A stretch of DNA of 64,000 nt from Lingula anatina (Eukaryota; Animalia; Brachiopoda): NCBI GenBank assembly GCA_051362555.1, contig CM120641.1, positions 12,276,001 to 12,340,000 on the forward strand, written 5' to 3'. Positions within the stretch are counted from its first letter, which is position 1. Every line of letters begins with the position of its first letter. The notes beneath the pieces were generated by a model that was not told the origin of the DNA, did no database searches, and saw only the letters and a list, made by a program, of their open reading frames with translations. Below, in pieces: positions 39,976 to 54,250 of the stretch. Position numbers and translations under genes: made by a program.

Positions 39976-42191
39976 ACAGTAGGCCTATCTTGCTGGCACT
40001 CTTCCGATTTTCTTACTTATATACTCTCGCTGTGCACAAACCACGGTGCATATTGAAAACCCCACTGATACAACCCGAACGTAAAATAAGCATTTAATTG
40101 CCATAATTTTCACAAAACAAGTGCATTTATAATTTGACGCGAGAATTGAGCACATGCAGAAATGAGACAGGTCTTAACTGGTCTGGTCCAGCATAGCGCA
40201 AACCACATGTTAATGAAGACGGTCCCATTTTGGGGGAGGGGGGTCACAGGAATGGAGTTCTTTGTGGATTACGCTAAATATCATCAACATTTCATGCATC
40301 TGGGGAAATAAAAAGTGACTCACAGGTAACGTAAATATCCAGTGGAACTCTCTATGAAGCTCTCATGGAGTTAAGGAAGACGTCATTTTTATTGTTGACA
40401 AATCAGTTACCCATGTAGGTGAACAGCTACACGTGTTCGTCAGATTTTGACAGCGCGTGGTATTTGGCGCCAAGAAGTCTGGGCGGTCAATCCCGCTGAT
40501 CTTTCGGTCGATTGAAGTAAATGTAAGATCTTGCGGTGTTGACTTCAAGAATGTTTCTCCATCTGCATATATATTTCAATCAAACTTGAAAATAAATTGC
40601 TTATTCTTTCCAAACTTTTTATTGCTAGCAAACGCTATATATGGTCTATATGAAGGTGTTTTTGACGTATTCTACCCACTGTCGATATTTGGTTTCAACC
40701 AGAATGGACCTTTTTTAACCCCCCCCCACCTTCCCCAGTTACGGGCGTGATGAATCAGTCAGCGAGGGCAAGTCTGCTTAATTAGCACAAATTGTATGTC
40801 TATAACACTATTTTGTCATCTGGGACAAAGGAAATGACAGGTACGTCATGCTTCCAGATTAGATCTTCAATTAATAGTTTCTTCCTCATTGACGAGAGCT
40901 ATTGAAAGGACAACAATTGACAAAGGGTCCGGCATGCAGCATCTATATGACTGGCTTGAAAATTTACCGAGTCTTGCCGACGATGTGGTCGAACAATCGG
41001 AACAAGAAAAAAATTCTGTCGCATGATTTTGACGTATGGACTAAATGTTTGAGCCCAGAAAAATTAATTTTATAAAATAATTTTTATGGTCGGATTGACT
41101 GGGCCCGTCGAAATGCTTGGCACATTACCGTAATATCATATGGCTTTAATGACACAATATAGCAGAAAGTGTTTTTTTAGATTTGATATATTATTATATG
41201 ACACCTGTTTAGATAGTTGAACACTGTACATTGGGGAAGATGAGTATAAAAAATTGCAATAAACAATAAATGCATTTCTGCATTTCACATTTTTGTCTGT
41301 CAATTTCTTAGAACTGGGGCTCAGTCTCTCTAACATTATTGGAGACATTTTAATATTAAACAGTCAATATCAATTAATTGATCAAACATTTGTTTTAGTT
41401 ATGAAGACAAACCAGTAACAAGTACATTTTCAATAATAAAGCAATCTAACTAATTAAGTCAGGTGTGAGCATAAATTAATTACCAGCTATATATGTCTAT
41501 TAACTACATGTCTCACAAAAGCAGCAGGCTTGTGAAACAGATATTAAAGAACATTTTAATGCAAAATATTCATTAGAACTTAAGTTCTACTATCTCTTTT
41601 TTTTTGTGTAGAAGTAGAGTGACAGAGAAGTGAAAAGGTGAAAGCAATATATGTGAGATGAAGAGTAGTGCTTAATAAAAGGGGGGACAGTGGCATGTAA
41701 CCATGGCATTTAAATACTTTCTGTTCTGAAATGATCAAGTATAAATGAGAAGGGAAAGAGCAGGAGAGGAGAGAGGAGAGAGAAATAGAAAAAAGGGAAG
41801 GATGGGGGAGAGAGGGAGAGAAAGAGAAAGAAGGGGACCAGAAAATAAGAAAGCCTATTTCAAAAATGAAATATTAGAATAAAAATAGAAAACAAATAAA
41901 TGAATTGCAGGCAAATTTACAGCAAGACAGGAGGGTTTTCAAAGATCTGACAGTAAGCCAGCTAAGTGTCTCTATCTGAGACAAAGAAATGAAAGGTATC
42001 AAAAAGTCAAAAGTAAACATATATATGTTTTATATCTATTCCATTTTATTTTGATTATACCTATTCTTTTTATACTCTTTGTATTGAATGTCATATTCTG
42101 ATGTTCCCATTCTGTTTAATAATCTATATTCCTTTCATACTCTTATGCAATCATTTTATTTCTCATTCTTGTTACCTACCAATTGCAAGTA

Positions 42192-42192
<1 letters not shown>

Positions 42193-42237
<45 letters not shown>
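42193..42237. repeat. (TA)n microsatellite
   Basis: Pure TA run. Confidence 0.95.
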
Positions 42238-42239
<2 letters not shown>

Positions 42240-44978
42240 CAACTGAAACTTTACATGTACCAACATCCATTCACATTCAAACCCAAATGTATCTCTTCTA
42301 TTTTTTACCTGAATGGTTACATTCATGAATAAATTCTATTCATGCTCTCTCTTCCCATTTTTCCCTCCATCCATTTTCACGCATGGTGTTTGATAGCTTA
42401 AGATAATGGATTTATGCACTAAAATGTTCAGATACATCCCACAGTGCTGTATATCCCATAGTACTGTATATAAATGTACTGGTAAATTAGCCTGAACCAC
42501 CAGAAATCATCACTTGATACATAAAGCTTTCAAATGTACATAGTTCTGATTGTTTTCTGTCATTAAGGTACAAAATGGGCATTATAATGTTTCCAAAATG
42601 ACCACCGTGATGCTTAGTATAATGCTGACAAACAGCTTCGTTATCAAGCTGGGAAAATTTCATACAAAAACAAGCAAGATCCAAGCAGCACTGGTTTGTT
42701 ACATTAATGATGGCCTCATTAGTACCACTGGCTAAAATTGTTGATAGGGTTTGTTCTGAATTGATCAAGACAGGCCCCAATTAACAAAAATATGATTTCA
42801 CTAATGGCTCTTGTTTTCAACCGAACTGCACCAAATTTGCTGCCTGCTTCCTAAAAAACATCACATATTTCTTTTGTATGAAGAAGTCTCAATGCTTTTA
42901 TAATCTTAAAACAAACATTTTCCTCAAATGTTTCAGATATGAAATAGATCATATTAAATCTTATTGAAAATTGATCCCCAGTTACTGTGACAGTCACTAT
43001 AATAAAGAGAATAGCCTACATCCAATGGGCACATGTAAAACTAAAACAGCCCAAAAAGAGTAGTGAGTCCTGAACTGTGACCTGGAAACAGGGCACTGGT
43101 AGTGACCCTAAGGCTGTGGCCCAGAACAGGGAGTGGGCTCTTCGCTGTGGCCCAAAAACGGGAGTGGACCCAGGCCCTTAACTTAATTAACTTGACCTTT
43201 ATTGCTAGAGTATAATCATCATATGATTTTGCAGTTATTCATTCACTTCACCAATTTTAGGCATATTTTTTTCATTTGATGCTTTATTTAATTATTCATT
43301 TAATCATCTTTTTTTTTTGGGGGGGGGGGGGGAGAGAGGGGGACATTAAAAGGGTATACGGCTCTAAGAGCTGAGTTAAAGGCTGTCAAAAATGGCCAAT
43401 CCCTCTTACAGATCTAGTTTGCATGTCTATGTTGACACCTAAAGTATAGGATCTACTAGCCACCCAGTCGATATATCCCAACTGTATTGAATGTGAAGTT
43501 AAAGTACAAACTTTTGACATCTCATGCAGCTGTATCAGCATAACAATAGTAAATAGTCTTAATGTGCCAATCCATCCACACAGTGGAACAGCTTGGTACT
43601 GCTCTAATCTTCAACACTGGCATCGAAGTGACAGCATTATGGAAATAAACCCGCATTGGGATTATTAAAAAATGACATATGTACATTTGATTTGACAGTG
43701 TAGACTTGTACAGCACTTGGTGCTTAATACTTAATGGCCAAGCTGTACAATGTATTGAGCGACTTTTATTCACACTTTTCTACCTTAAAAATACTTTGTT
43801 ATGAATTCAGGCACAGTTTATGCATAATTCAAAGAGGGGTTTTTAATCCATATTTACTGCATATGTTTTATGCTGGTATAAAGATCTGTTTAATTCAATA
43901 TTGATCTTTTTTCATTCATTTAATATTAAAGTCAGATCACTAAAAACATTACAAATGCCTTAAAATTAACACTGCAAGCAAGTCTATTTACACAGTAAGT
44001 GCTATATTTGGATTAGAGAAAGAGAGAATTTGTCTGTGAAGAAGGGAGTTTTCTTAAAAGGAAATACTGGTTGCAGGATGTCAACATAGAACAGATCATC
44101 TGTCATTCTCCATTTCTAACCAAGACTGTTACGTTGAAACCAGGATCTTAAGCAAGATTATTTTTGTAAAAAAGAACCATTTCTAGCATTAAATGGCTGA
44201 CATAATACAACTTTAGGTTCCCTGCACATATATATCGATAAACATTTGTGGAAACAAAAAACAAAAATTGTTGCAGAAAAAGGGAAAAAAACAAATATGC
44301 GTATACATGTAGTTGGGAGTGGGAGGGAGAAAATGCCAATTTCATTGCCTTCCCCCCTTTCCCCTCTTTATAGTACTTTAGTATGACATACACATCAATA
44401 CATCAAAGACCAACAATAACATACCTATGGTGTATCTTGCTCCATCCAAAGTGAATGTGGCACTCTTACATTTGGAAAATTTCCTGGGTGCAGTAGCAGC
44501 TTTCTTTTTCTCCGACATGATAGCTGGCAGAAGGGTGTGGCACTAGCAACCTAGGCCTTGCACTCTGTGATATTTGACTCAGAAGGTAAAAGAACTCGAG
44601 TTCCCAGAAATGTATGTTGCACACTTCTAGCTCTACTTGTCACATGTACTGGTGATCACTGGCTGAAACACTAATGCGTTTCCAAAGAGAATGCACATTC
44701 TTTGCTTGCTGAGGTCCATCTGCAAGTCAAGCAAACTCTGAACTGGTATGATCACACATCAGTAAAGCAAGATGTTTAAAGGGATGTTCGTATATGTTCC
44801 ATGTATTGACATCTTGCTCAATGTGAGTAAATTAACACTCCTCGATATTGGTTATGATATAAATAATTACATCCTGGCAAAGCCATCTTTTGCTAAAACC
44901 TATTTTCTCTATGAAATTGGTAGAAGGCTAAATTTCCTGCCATATACAATATACCTTTACTAGCTGAATTCTTATTAC

Positions 44979-45070
44979 CTAGATCCACACAAAGCAGAAG
45001 TGAATTGTGCAGGTGATTCAAAAATTCATGCTATTAACTTCATCTGTATACTAGTAGTCCCCTGCACAAT
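44979..45070 (-). other. Candidate 92-nt 5' UTR exon
   Basis: Strong acceptor tcttttttatttcAG and donor TAG|GTAATA; lies downstream of the candidate first exon at 53787. Confidence 0.4.
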
Positions 45071-46822
45071 CTGAAATAAAAAAGATTTTTCATTACTTGG
45101 AAACATTGACACAGGCACCCACTGGAAACACCTTCAACTTGTTTCTTGATGCCTACGCAGTCACCAGTAACAGCACTCTGGTTTCAATTGAGTTCTCAAT
45201 CTCAAACAGAGAAAATTGATCCATCTGCTTTTAAAAAATGACATACAATTAATATCCCAATGGCTTCGATAAGTATTGAGTCAAGAAAATAATCAAAGTC
45301 GCATTAAAGCCTGTTTGAAGACAGTCAGAGACATCAGCATATTTTTTTGAGAATCCATGACAAAAGTCAAGACGAGTTATTATCTCCTGCTTGATGTCAT
45401 CTCTATATATGCCTAGTAAACTAATAATGCTGCAGCTCAGCTGTATGAAATTGCAAATTGTGTGTCACTCAATTACTGGATCATGCAGCCTCCATTCGAC
45501 ATTCACTCTGTATGTATACTGTGTGGGTATTCCAGCCAATGAAGCTGATATAACATGACTGGTGAGAATTAATGTTCCACTACATATGAAGTAATTCCAT
45601 CAGGATATGACAATTCAAGACATTTTACTGCAAGGCAGTATACCAGTATGTACGATAATGGAAGACATAATGTCTGAAAAAAATTATACTCTGTAAAATA
45701 ATTGCCCTCAGCCACAGTTATGTACACCAGCTACATGTAGCTCTCTGAACTGTTAATTCACAAATCTAGAGCTTTTACCCACAACATCTTTCTCTTGTAT
45801 ATTTGATCAGATGGCACTGTATACTAAAGGTATACTATACATGTTTATAAATGTCCCACTGAGATATTTTCTCTGTCTTGATATTCTGCAAATCTATTTA
45901 TCTTTCCCAATTCAGTCCTTAAAAACAATAAAAACCCTCAAATAAAAGAACATGATGTCAATTAATATTCCCTTCTGGAATGAACAGGAAGATGCAGCAG
46001 TCTAAATGTCTGACTAAACATTTAGAATAGGATTATTAAATTTATTAGAAATGGTATAAAAATAGCGTCCAAGTAAAGGGACAAGTTGAGCAACGATACA
46101 TGTCAGTAGGAGAAAAGTTTTTTTTTTCTGGAGGAAAATTCGACATAGCATGAAAATCAAAGATTTAGGATACCCTAAAGCAAACATATTATCAAGTTAA
46201 AGTACTGGTGTATACAGTGGTACCAAACAACATTTTACCACATTACTTCTTATCTTATCAAACCATTACTTTAGTGGTTTGACAATTCTATTTGACTGAT
46301 AAGAATGCCAGTTATAATGATATTTTTCAAGAGCTCTCCAATATGTATTATAACTGTAGATAATGAATGCAAAAATGTTTTTGGTTGTTGAAAAATCATA
46401 AAATGAATAACATATATACAGACAGGTATTTTTCCATTGACATTATGATGTCAATTATTAATCAACTTCTTAATGAAATTAACAATGACCAAATATCTTG
46501 AAAAAGTAGCAATGTACACTTTCATAAGCTAATTCAAATGTGAACAACAGCTTGTCAACACAAAATGAAATTTTCATAACCTATGAGTAATGACTCGCAA
46601 TCTGCATAATGCAAGTAATCATTTAGCAATTAGCCCTGTGGGATTACATACTCACACTTCCTTCTAAATTAGAAAGCTTTCAAGGGATCTTACTAGTAGA
46701 CTACATGTACTTATTTTAAGTAGATAACATAATCACCTTAACACAAATGTGCAAAAACAATGCAACAAGTAGCAATGGCGGCCTCTTCTGTTTAACCAGT
46801 TGTCATCCTTGCCATACACTTA

Positions 46823-47067
46823 GGGACCATTCCCACAGATATTTGGATTGATCTATCTCACTGGGGAGCCTCATTAAATTGCTATCAACTCAACCAGTTT
46901 AAATGTTTGTCACGCCTAGTAAAGCTGTTAGGGGGTAATTATCTTTACCCCCTAGCTGATTTGGTAGGCATGACAGACATTTAAGCCAGTTAGTTGATAG
47001 CAATTTAGTGAGACTCCCCAGGGAGTTAGACTGATCCAGATTGATCGATTTAGGTATGGGAACCCAG
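46823..47067. mobile_element. ~245-bp foldback element, copy 2 (uninterrupted)
   Basis: Aligns end to end with 8524-9000 once the RTE insertion is removed; central palindrome tagggggtaattatctttaccccctag. Confidence 0.88.
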
Positions 47068-47072
47068 TGTTT

Positions 47073-47590
47073 GGCTGCGTTCACATGAAAAATCTAAATT
47101 CTAAAAACCTAAAATCCATTGGCTGTATCTAGTGATCACGGTCTGTGCCCTGAATTCCCTGCAGCGTAATTAACTAGCAGAGCGAGCGAGTTACTTCCAA
47201 AGCTGTAATTAAATCTCGGTTGCACTCGAAGGAAATTCTGATACCTGGACGCATGCACAGAGAGAAAGAAAATGACGGTCAAAGTTGCTTTGAAAAATGT
47301 GTTTGTCGATTTTGTGCAACAACAAGACGAGGAAGATGAGGTCTATATACACATGACAGATATGAGTGCAAACTGACGAAATCCACAGTTTAGAGATACA
47401 ATTGCGCAGGCGTCCAGGTGTCAGACTCTCCTCCGAGTGCAGCTGAGAATTAATTACAGCTTTGGAAACGACTCGCTCACGCTGCTCGTTAATTAAGCCG
47501 TAGGGTATTCAGGGCACAGACAGTGATCACTAGATACCGCCAATGGATTTTTAGGTTTTTAGAATTTAGATTTTTCATGTGAATGCAGCC
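47073..47590. mobile_element. PIF/Harbinger-like MITE with ~185-bp inverted arms
   Basis: GGCTGCGTTCACATGAAAAATCTAAATTCTAAAAACCTAAAA... (47073-47258) mirrors 47402-47590; flanks ttt/tta. Confidence 0.9.
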
Positions 47591-50500
47591 TTATATGCTT
47601 AACCCCCAATGTGTACATGAAATCAAATTTTAAGGACTTATTTTTTCAATTAGAATTTGCAGATCACTGACTGTAACTCCAAATGATCTGAAAGTCTATA
47701 CACAAGCAGTTTTTTAAGTATCCACGCAAATCATTTAAGGGCTCTAGAAAGGAAATGAATAATCATAGAGGTAATGCAATGTTTCTTATTTCATATTGAA
47801 TAAAATAAAATATGCTTTCTCAAAACTCCAATCATAGATAAAGTTAAAGGGCAGTGTCCAACATGTGACACCATATCAGCATTTTTGGGATTTCTCTGGT
47901 TAATCTGTTTTTCATGTTTTTGTTTATAAATAATAAAAACATACATGTACAGTATCTGAGGTTGCATTATATCATCGATCTGATCAACAGACACATAAAA
48001 GGAAAAGCTGGCAGCAAAGTAATTTACTGTAAGCTCTGTTAACCTGCCTGATTTTTTCTGCTTTTACAACCCTTAAGACTGATATATATAAATCAGTTTC
48101 ATGTATATCTTTCTATCTAAGCAACTGATTACTATGAAAAATACTGTACTTATAAATAAGCATATATGGCCTACAGATTGGTGTTAGGGATTGTTGATGA
48201 ATTTGTTTGTTAATTTGTAAGTTAATTATCACCTTCTGAAGTGAACAGTCAATTGTAATACGAAATTTACCTAATTTCAAGTGAAAACTGATAAAGTTAA
48301 AGGGAAGTCATTTAAGGGAATTTTGTGATATCCTTCTGTAGTGCTTTCACTCATTTTAAATTTTATATTGCAGTTTTTGATAGCTACTCTGGTGCTAGAG
48401 AACATTCCAAAACCCAAAACAGTATTTTTCCTCCCAAAATGCCAATACTGCATTATCTGTAGGACACTGCACTTCATCTCAGTATACTTTATTGCATTTT
48501 TGGGAAGTATATTTTATTTTTTAATAAAAAGAACTAGTACATTTCTTTGATTTTATTCACTTTCATGCATTGCCTGCTTTCTCCCCCCCCCCCCCCCCCC
48601 CCCCTCCTTTAGCATAATATTTCATACTTGAAAATAATGTTCATAACTGGGGATATGTTATCTAATAAACACTCAACAAATGAAAATAATTCTGTGACAG
48701 AACCTTCAATATCCGATACTAGAAATCTAATAAGGTATAGGGGAGGTCGAGAGGGAGAAGCAGAGGACAGGCATGCCCCCTAGGACCCCTGACTTTCTCC
48801 CCCTACCCTCACTAAATATTCTCTCTAAAATTCCATTTGTAAATACAGAAACTTGCCAAGTGAAGTGTAGAAAAGATGTATTAATGCTTTTACTCCCAAA
48901 CTGCAATCACAGTTTTATTTTGATGAATGCATACTGGAAATTACCAACACAATTTAAACCTGGATGGCTACTTACCATGCTTTTTCCCTTACATACAGCT
49001 TACGACCCTTGGTAATTTTTGTGAACTGAACACTAATGTCAATGCAAAATACACAAGCAGTTTTCATTCAATTTTCATTTACCTTAAGGCTAAGGAGAAA
49101 TGATGGCAAGATAATAAGAAACCTTACATCTTAATTCATCCCTATATTACTTGTAGGTCTTGGCCTTAATGCGATCATGCATGGCTATTGTGCCTGCAGA
49201 TTAGCTAGCTTATATCTACACTGCCCAATATTATCATTCTACTAAGGTGTCAGACTACTTATTCCCTCAGGTATCTCAGTGGGTATAATATCCAGGAAAT
49301 GAGTTTTGCCTGCATCTCTATATCTGTGCCAGATAGAAACAACGTATATCAAAGTGAAATGATGAAACAGCACAACACCCGGAATTCTGATATATTGCAG
49401 TTCATTCACAGAATCTGTAACAGATTGCAATTTCACTCAACCTCAAATATAAACACTGAAAAGTCATTTACCTAGGAACGTGTAACTTGTCTTTCAGGTA
49501 AAAGCATTTCAAAAGCACGACAAAATATATTGTTGCTTTACCTAGAACACTAATAGAAAAAAAGAAAAATGTCAATTTTTCTGTGGTTCCGTAGGTGGAA
49601 AATGTGGATTGAAAAATGGTGAGCAATTTGAGCATTTTGTTTTCTTTTCACCCCTGCATATTTTCAATCTAGCAGAATCTGCAGGCAGGCAAAATCACTC
49701 TAAGATATAAATATGTAGTCAACTCATGGATATCTTCCATTTCTTCTTTTACAGAATGTTTAGAAATTGTAATTCTTAGGTTATTGTGCACCATTAGATT
49801 TTAAACATGAAAGACAGATCTATGATTATATACCTTAAATATGACATGATCAAAACACTGACAGTACACCAAGCAGGTTCAGTGGTAATTGTTTGCACCA
49901 AATGGTTTTTAATCATTTTTCTCTCAAAACTGAACCACGTTTTTACCTAGATTTAACAATATATGCTACAAACAATGTAAAGAATTTATAGAAATATTTA
50001 CTGGGTATGAACATTATTGAATTAAAGCCAAAGGTGCATTTATGTCTAGAAAAGCAGAAAAAGTATTTGGAAATAGTTGTTGTCCAAAGGGTTGTCAATG
50101 TCTCATTGCTCCAAATGCACCAGTCTTTTGTCTAATAAATTACGTACATGAGAATTGCATCTAAATACAATAGGGAATAATCACTAAAAACATGGAATGC
50201 CTATAAATGAACAGAGTTTTATCCATAAGGCAGTTTGTCATTATGCATTTAATGTACATGTACCGGTATTACATGTAGGATTAAGAAAGATTCTATCAAA
50301 AGGTGCCACTGCTGGATGAAAATATTTTTGCTCAATTGCTTTGCTCTATTGTTTATATACATCATCTCATAAAAAAAAAAAAAAGAAAAAAAGAAAAGCT
50401 ATGGGATGAGATTCAGGGATGGAGTGTTCAGACACAAACCTCTCTCACTTAAAATGTATCTTTTGTATTTAGCATCGACAAAATCCTACACGTCTACATG

Positions 50501-51076
50501 TATAAACTTCAATAAAGTATACCTCTTACATATTTTTCATTCAGACGGGCTGGAATCAAACTTCAAAAAGTATGGATGTGTCTTCTGTGCTTAAAACCTC
50601 ATGAAAGTCATCGTAGCACAGCATGTGTCCTGAGAACAGATGAATCGAGACAACACATTAGGGATATGATATTTAATAGGAAGCCATTTCTGCAAGCAAG
50701 GGCCATCTTTTTGGTCATCTTAGATATTTCTGATTGGCATCATGTCTAATAGACTCATTTTCACATCAGTAATTGACAGCCTCAGTTTTCTTTTCTTTCT
50801 TTTTTTTTCAGAATACTATATACAAAAAGAAAGTATGAAGTATTTACAAATAACTGATATCTGATATCTAATATTCAAACCCAAGGTGACATTTGCAGTA
50901 AAAAAGCAGGCATTCAGGCTGACAATCTTCCTTCCACAGTTTTCCAAAGTCAATTCAAAAAGATAGCAAAGCACTTCTCTTACAAAAGTGTATTTCAACT
51001 AAATTTGTCTCCCAAAATTCCTAGAAGTTTTTGAAGTAACCCTTTCTGATGTCTTCATTAAATTCAGGATTTGTAC

Positions 51077-51243
51077 CAGGAGCGGATCCAGAGCTATTTA
51101 CTGACAGTCTTCCAAATTATCTTTGTTGATTCATCCTCCAATTTTGACCGTCTTCCAACAGAAAAAAATAAATACCGTCAATGTAGACTTGAAAATCTGA
51201 CCGTCTTCCGGAAGACCCAGAAGACGGCCTAAATCCGCCCCTG
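51077..51243. mobile_element. hAT-like MITE (second family) with perfect 5-bp TSD
   Basis: TIR CAGGAGCGGAT / ATCCGCCCCTG; TSD tgtac at 51072-51076 and 51244-51248; internal gaccgtcttcc subterminal repeats. Confidence 0.88.
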
Positions 51244-51332
51244 TGTACATACATACATGTGAATACAGGGAGATAATGTGCTTTACAATGTAAGATGCTG
51301 CATATACCAACATTTGTCTACTTTTTAATCTT

Positions 51333-51382
<50 letters not shown>

Positions 51383-53786
51383 GACAAAACTGAAGAAAAA
51401 CACATGCAAATATATATTTGTTTTTTCTTCATACTAATATATTTCAGATTAACAGAAATGCACATGCACCTGATTTATATATCTTTTATATCCAACATGG
51501 CATTTACCAACCCTGAACAGCTGGAAATTACACAAGGAATTACCAAAGTGTTAATATTTCCCAGTTTTATGCACATTTAATTAACACATTCCTACTTAAT
51601 TTGGTAGTTTGCATGATTATTTCGAATGCTGGCTTACAGTATATCACTTATGCAGATTTTTACTAAATACAAATATTCAATGTTTATATGAATTTAAACT
51701 CAAGCTAAGATGGCTAGAACAATGTGCTGACACACCCATATACGTATCTATAAATAAGACCAAGCTTGGATCTCAACTTGATCACTGAAGTCCAGTGTAT
51801 CTAAGCAATGTTTTAGTTAATGGCATTCAGGTGCCATCTGCATTGTTAAGTACGGGTACATTATTTTAACTCCCTTAAACTCTCTCCAGAGACCAATGTT
51901 AAACACAGGACATCAATAAAATATTCAGTGACCCAGTTGAAGCATGGGACTGGTCTCTGTGATATTGACAAATTCCAGGAACGTTGGGACCATACAGACT
52001 TGCACAAAATACTGTCTGTTTAAAGCAATTCGATGTCACATTTTTCATTGATTTCTTTTTCTTTTATCATTCCTTTTTTTCAATTACCATAGTTACTTTC
52101 TAAGAAGTAGACTTTCACTATAGAAATGATTATCATAGAAACAGGTCATGACTATCTTATTCCACTCTTATCACCTCCAAGGGTCTGCTGCTAGATGACG
52201 TGGAAGTGGTTTCAGTCCTACTAAAATCTCACTTATGGTTTTACAACATTGTTTAACATGGCTTGTAGACATGCATTACTGATTGTAAACTAAATGAAAT
52301 ACAAATTACTCTAATGTGGTTCTATAACAATGGGAAGAAAATGTGAACTGATTGTAAAGTACGTTTTTTCTCTTTATTTCATTCTTGAAAAACACTGTTG
52401 TTTGCTATTTTCATTGAAAGGAACAGATTAGTGGAGATATACATGTGTACCAAATATGACAAATGTATATGATTATGTCTAATAGCACTATCAATACTAG
52501 TACATGTTGTGTCGTCGCTTTATATTTATTGACACCAGTGGAAATAAATATTGATGGTTGCTGATATAAAACAATGTTTTTGATCCATTTGTTATTTATT
52601 TCTGTATATCTCAAACACTGACACTGACAACTTCATGAACTTTTTCAAGATGCATGATCAGGCTGTTTGCACCATTATGAAGTGAAACATGCTAATAACA
52701 TAAACAAATTTCACTATATATTTGTTGCATTGCTTCCACAAGGTTTCACTCACTTCTTCGGGTTTTTTTAATGGCATAAAAAGTTTATCCTTCAAATATA
52801 CCTGGTAGGTCTACTTATGGAGTATAACCACCACCATCCCACCTTCTACATGTGTTTCAGACATGTTTAGGACCAGTATAAAACTACAGAGAACTACGTA
52901 TAATAAGACCTTTGATAAAAAGACAAAGACTAATATAAATAATTTAAATGATGATAAAATATTAAGGCATAATTTAATAGACTCTGAAAACTGTATTTTA
53001 CAATGACATTAAAATGAAAAAATCAGTTGGAGAACTGTAAAGATAAAAATATTTTAAGACTTTTTTTAATGTCAGGCCTTGTTTCTATTCCAGTATATTG
53101 AGATGCCATGGCCAATTTCAAAGTAAGGGGGCTGATTTGGGGAGTGCCCTGTGATGTTTTTTTTTTTCTTTTCTTTTTTTTTCTTTCATTGTGCATCATG
53201 GGCAATTTTTCTGTTCATGCAATAAATGACACTGGCTATCATTATAATTTAATTGAGAATTGTGAAAAAATATAGTGAATTGTGAAAAAATATAAAAAAA
53301 AACATCAGGTTCTTTCAGACATTCCTTTAACTTTTAGAAAGTGTAAGTTCAGAAACTTAACAAACAAAAAGAACTGTCAGTTGAGGAAAACATGATGCTT
53401 GACGCCTATCATTAAACTGGGACTCAAAAGGCAACGCAATCAATGGCAACCCTCCATTTCACACGAAGCCCTGAATCCATGGGAAACTGATCCCCACCTT
53501 ATCAATTTTGACATTCAGGTATGCAGTGAGGCATGTACATGTATACGGTGTGAATTACCAGCAGTCTCAACTTCGTTTATTAATACAATTACATCAGCAC
53601 AATGTACATGCCTGACTGAATTTACAACGGTGGCATCTGGTGCCAAGCTGGCTGGTGTATCTAGTGCAATTGCTTTGAAGCATTGTTTATACCCACATAA
53701 AAATCTTGTTTTACTCCAATGGTTAATAACAGTGTGCGGGTGTTAAAGATGCTGCATAAAATCAAATAAAGTATGACGTAGCTTAC

Positions 53787-53950
53787 CCTGTAGTTTCCAC
53801 CACGATCTTACAGGTTGCTACTGGTTGAAACAGAATAAAAACTTGAATTGTGTTAGATGCGAATCCAGAAAGAAGTTGCGGCAGGCACCACTTAAGCAAG
53901 GGTGGGTTCCGGCATAATGGTAAATAGCGGAGGGGTGAGCAAAAGCAATT
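53787..53950 (-). other. Candidate non-coding first exon (start site approximate)
   Basis: Consensus donor CAGG|GTAAGC at the boundary between CpG-rich and CpG-depleted DNA; only a short uORF (MPEPTLA*). Confidence 0.5.
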
Positions 53951-54250
53951 TTAATTTAGACATAACACAGGGCCTTGCTTCCTTTCTTAGCCTTTTAAGA
54001 GGGTCGCATGGGTATTTCGATAACCGCGGAAGCTACTTTTAAGTGTTAAATACTGTGATTTGTGAATTGATGATTTTATTCCCCGTGACCCGTGATCACT
54101 ACAGTATCCCCACTCCATGGTGCCCTCTTATAAACAGAACAACGGGAAGTAATATACGTCCCAAATAATATCACTCAGTCTCAGTATATAGGTCCGTTTA
54201 ACTTTTTTTTATTTTATGAAAAGTAAGCAAGCGGAAGAATTGTTTGTCCA
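53900..54250 (-). promoter_or_regulatory. Promoter-like region of the large minus-strand gene
   Basis: CpG-rich with ETS-like GGAAG cores (ccgcggaagc ~54024, acgggaagt ~54142, gcggaag ~54231). Confidence 0.45.

Larger units (their letters stand above)
39330..41120. promoter_or_regulatory. CpG-retaining promoter-like island with tandem ETS/GABP-type sites
   Basis: Sharp rise in CpG relative to flanks; CCGGAAGT at 39376-39383 and 39395-39402; splice donors without an obvious upstream acceptor at 39558 and 39959 (minus strand). Confidence 0.65.

Noticed and set aside
40220-40746. Possible TIR pair (G-run left, C-run right)
   Set aside because: Match is largely homopolymer; too weak to call a MITE.
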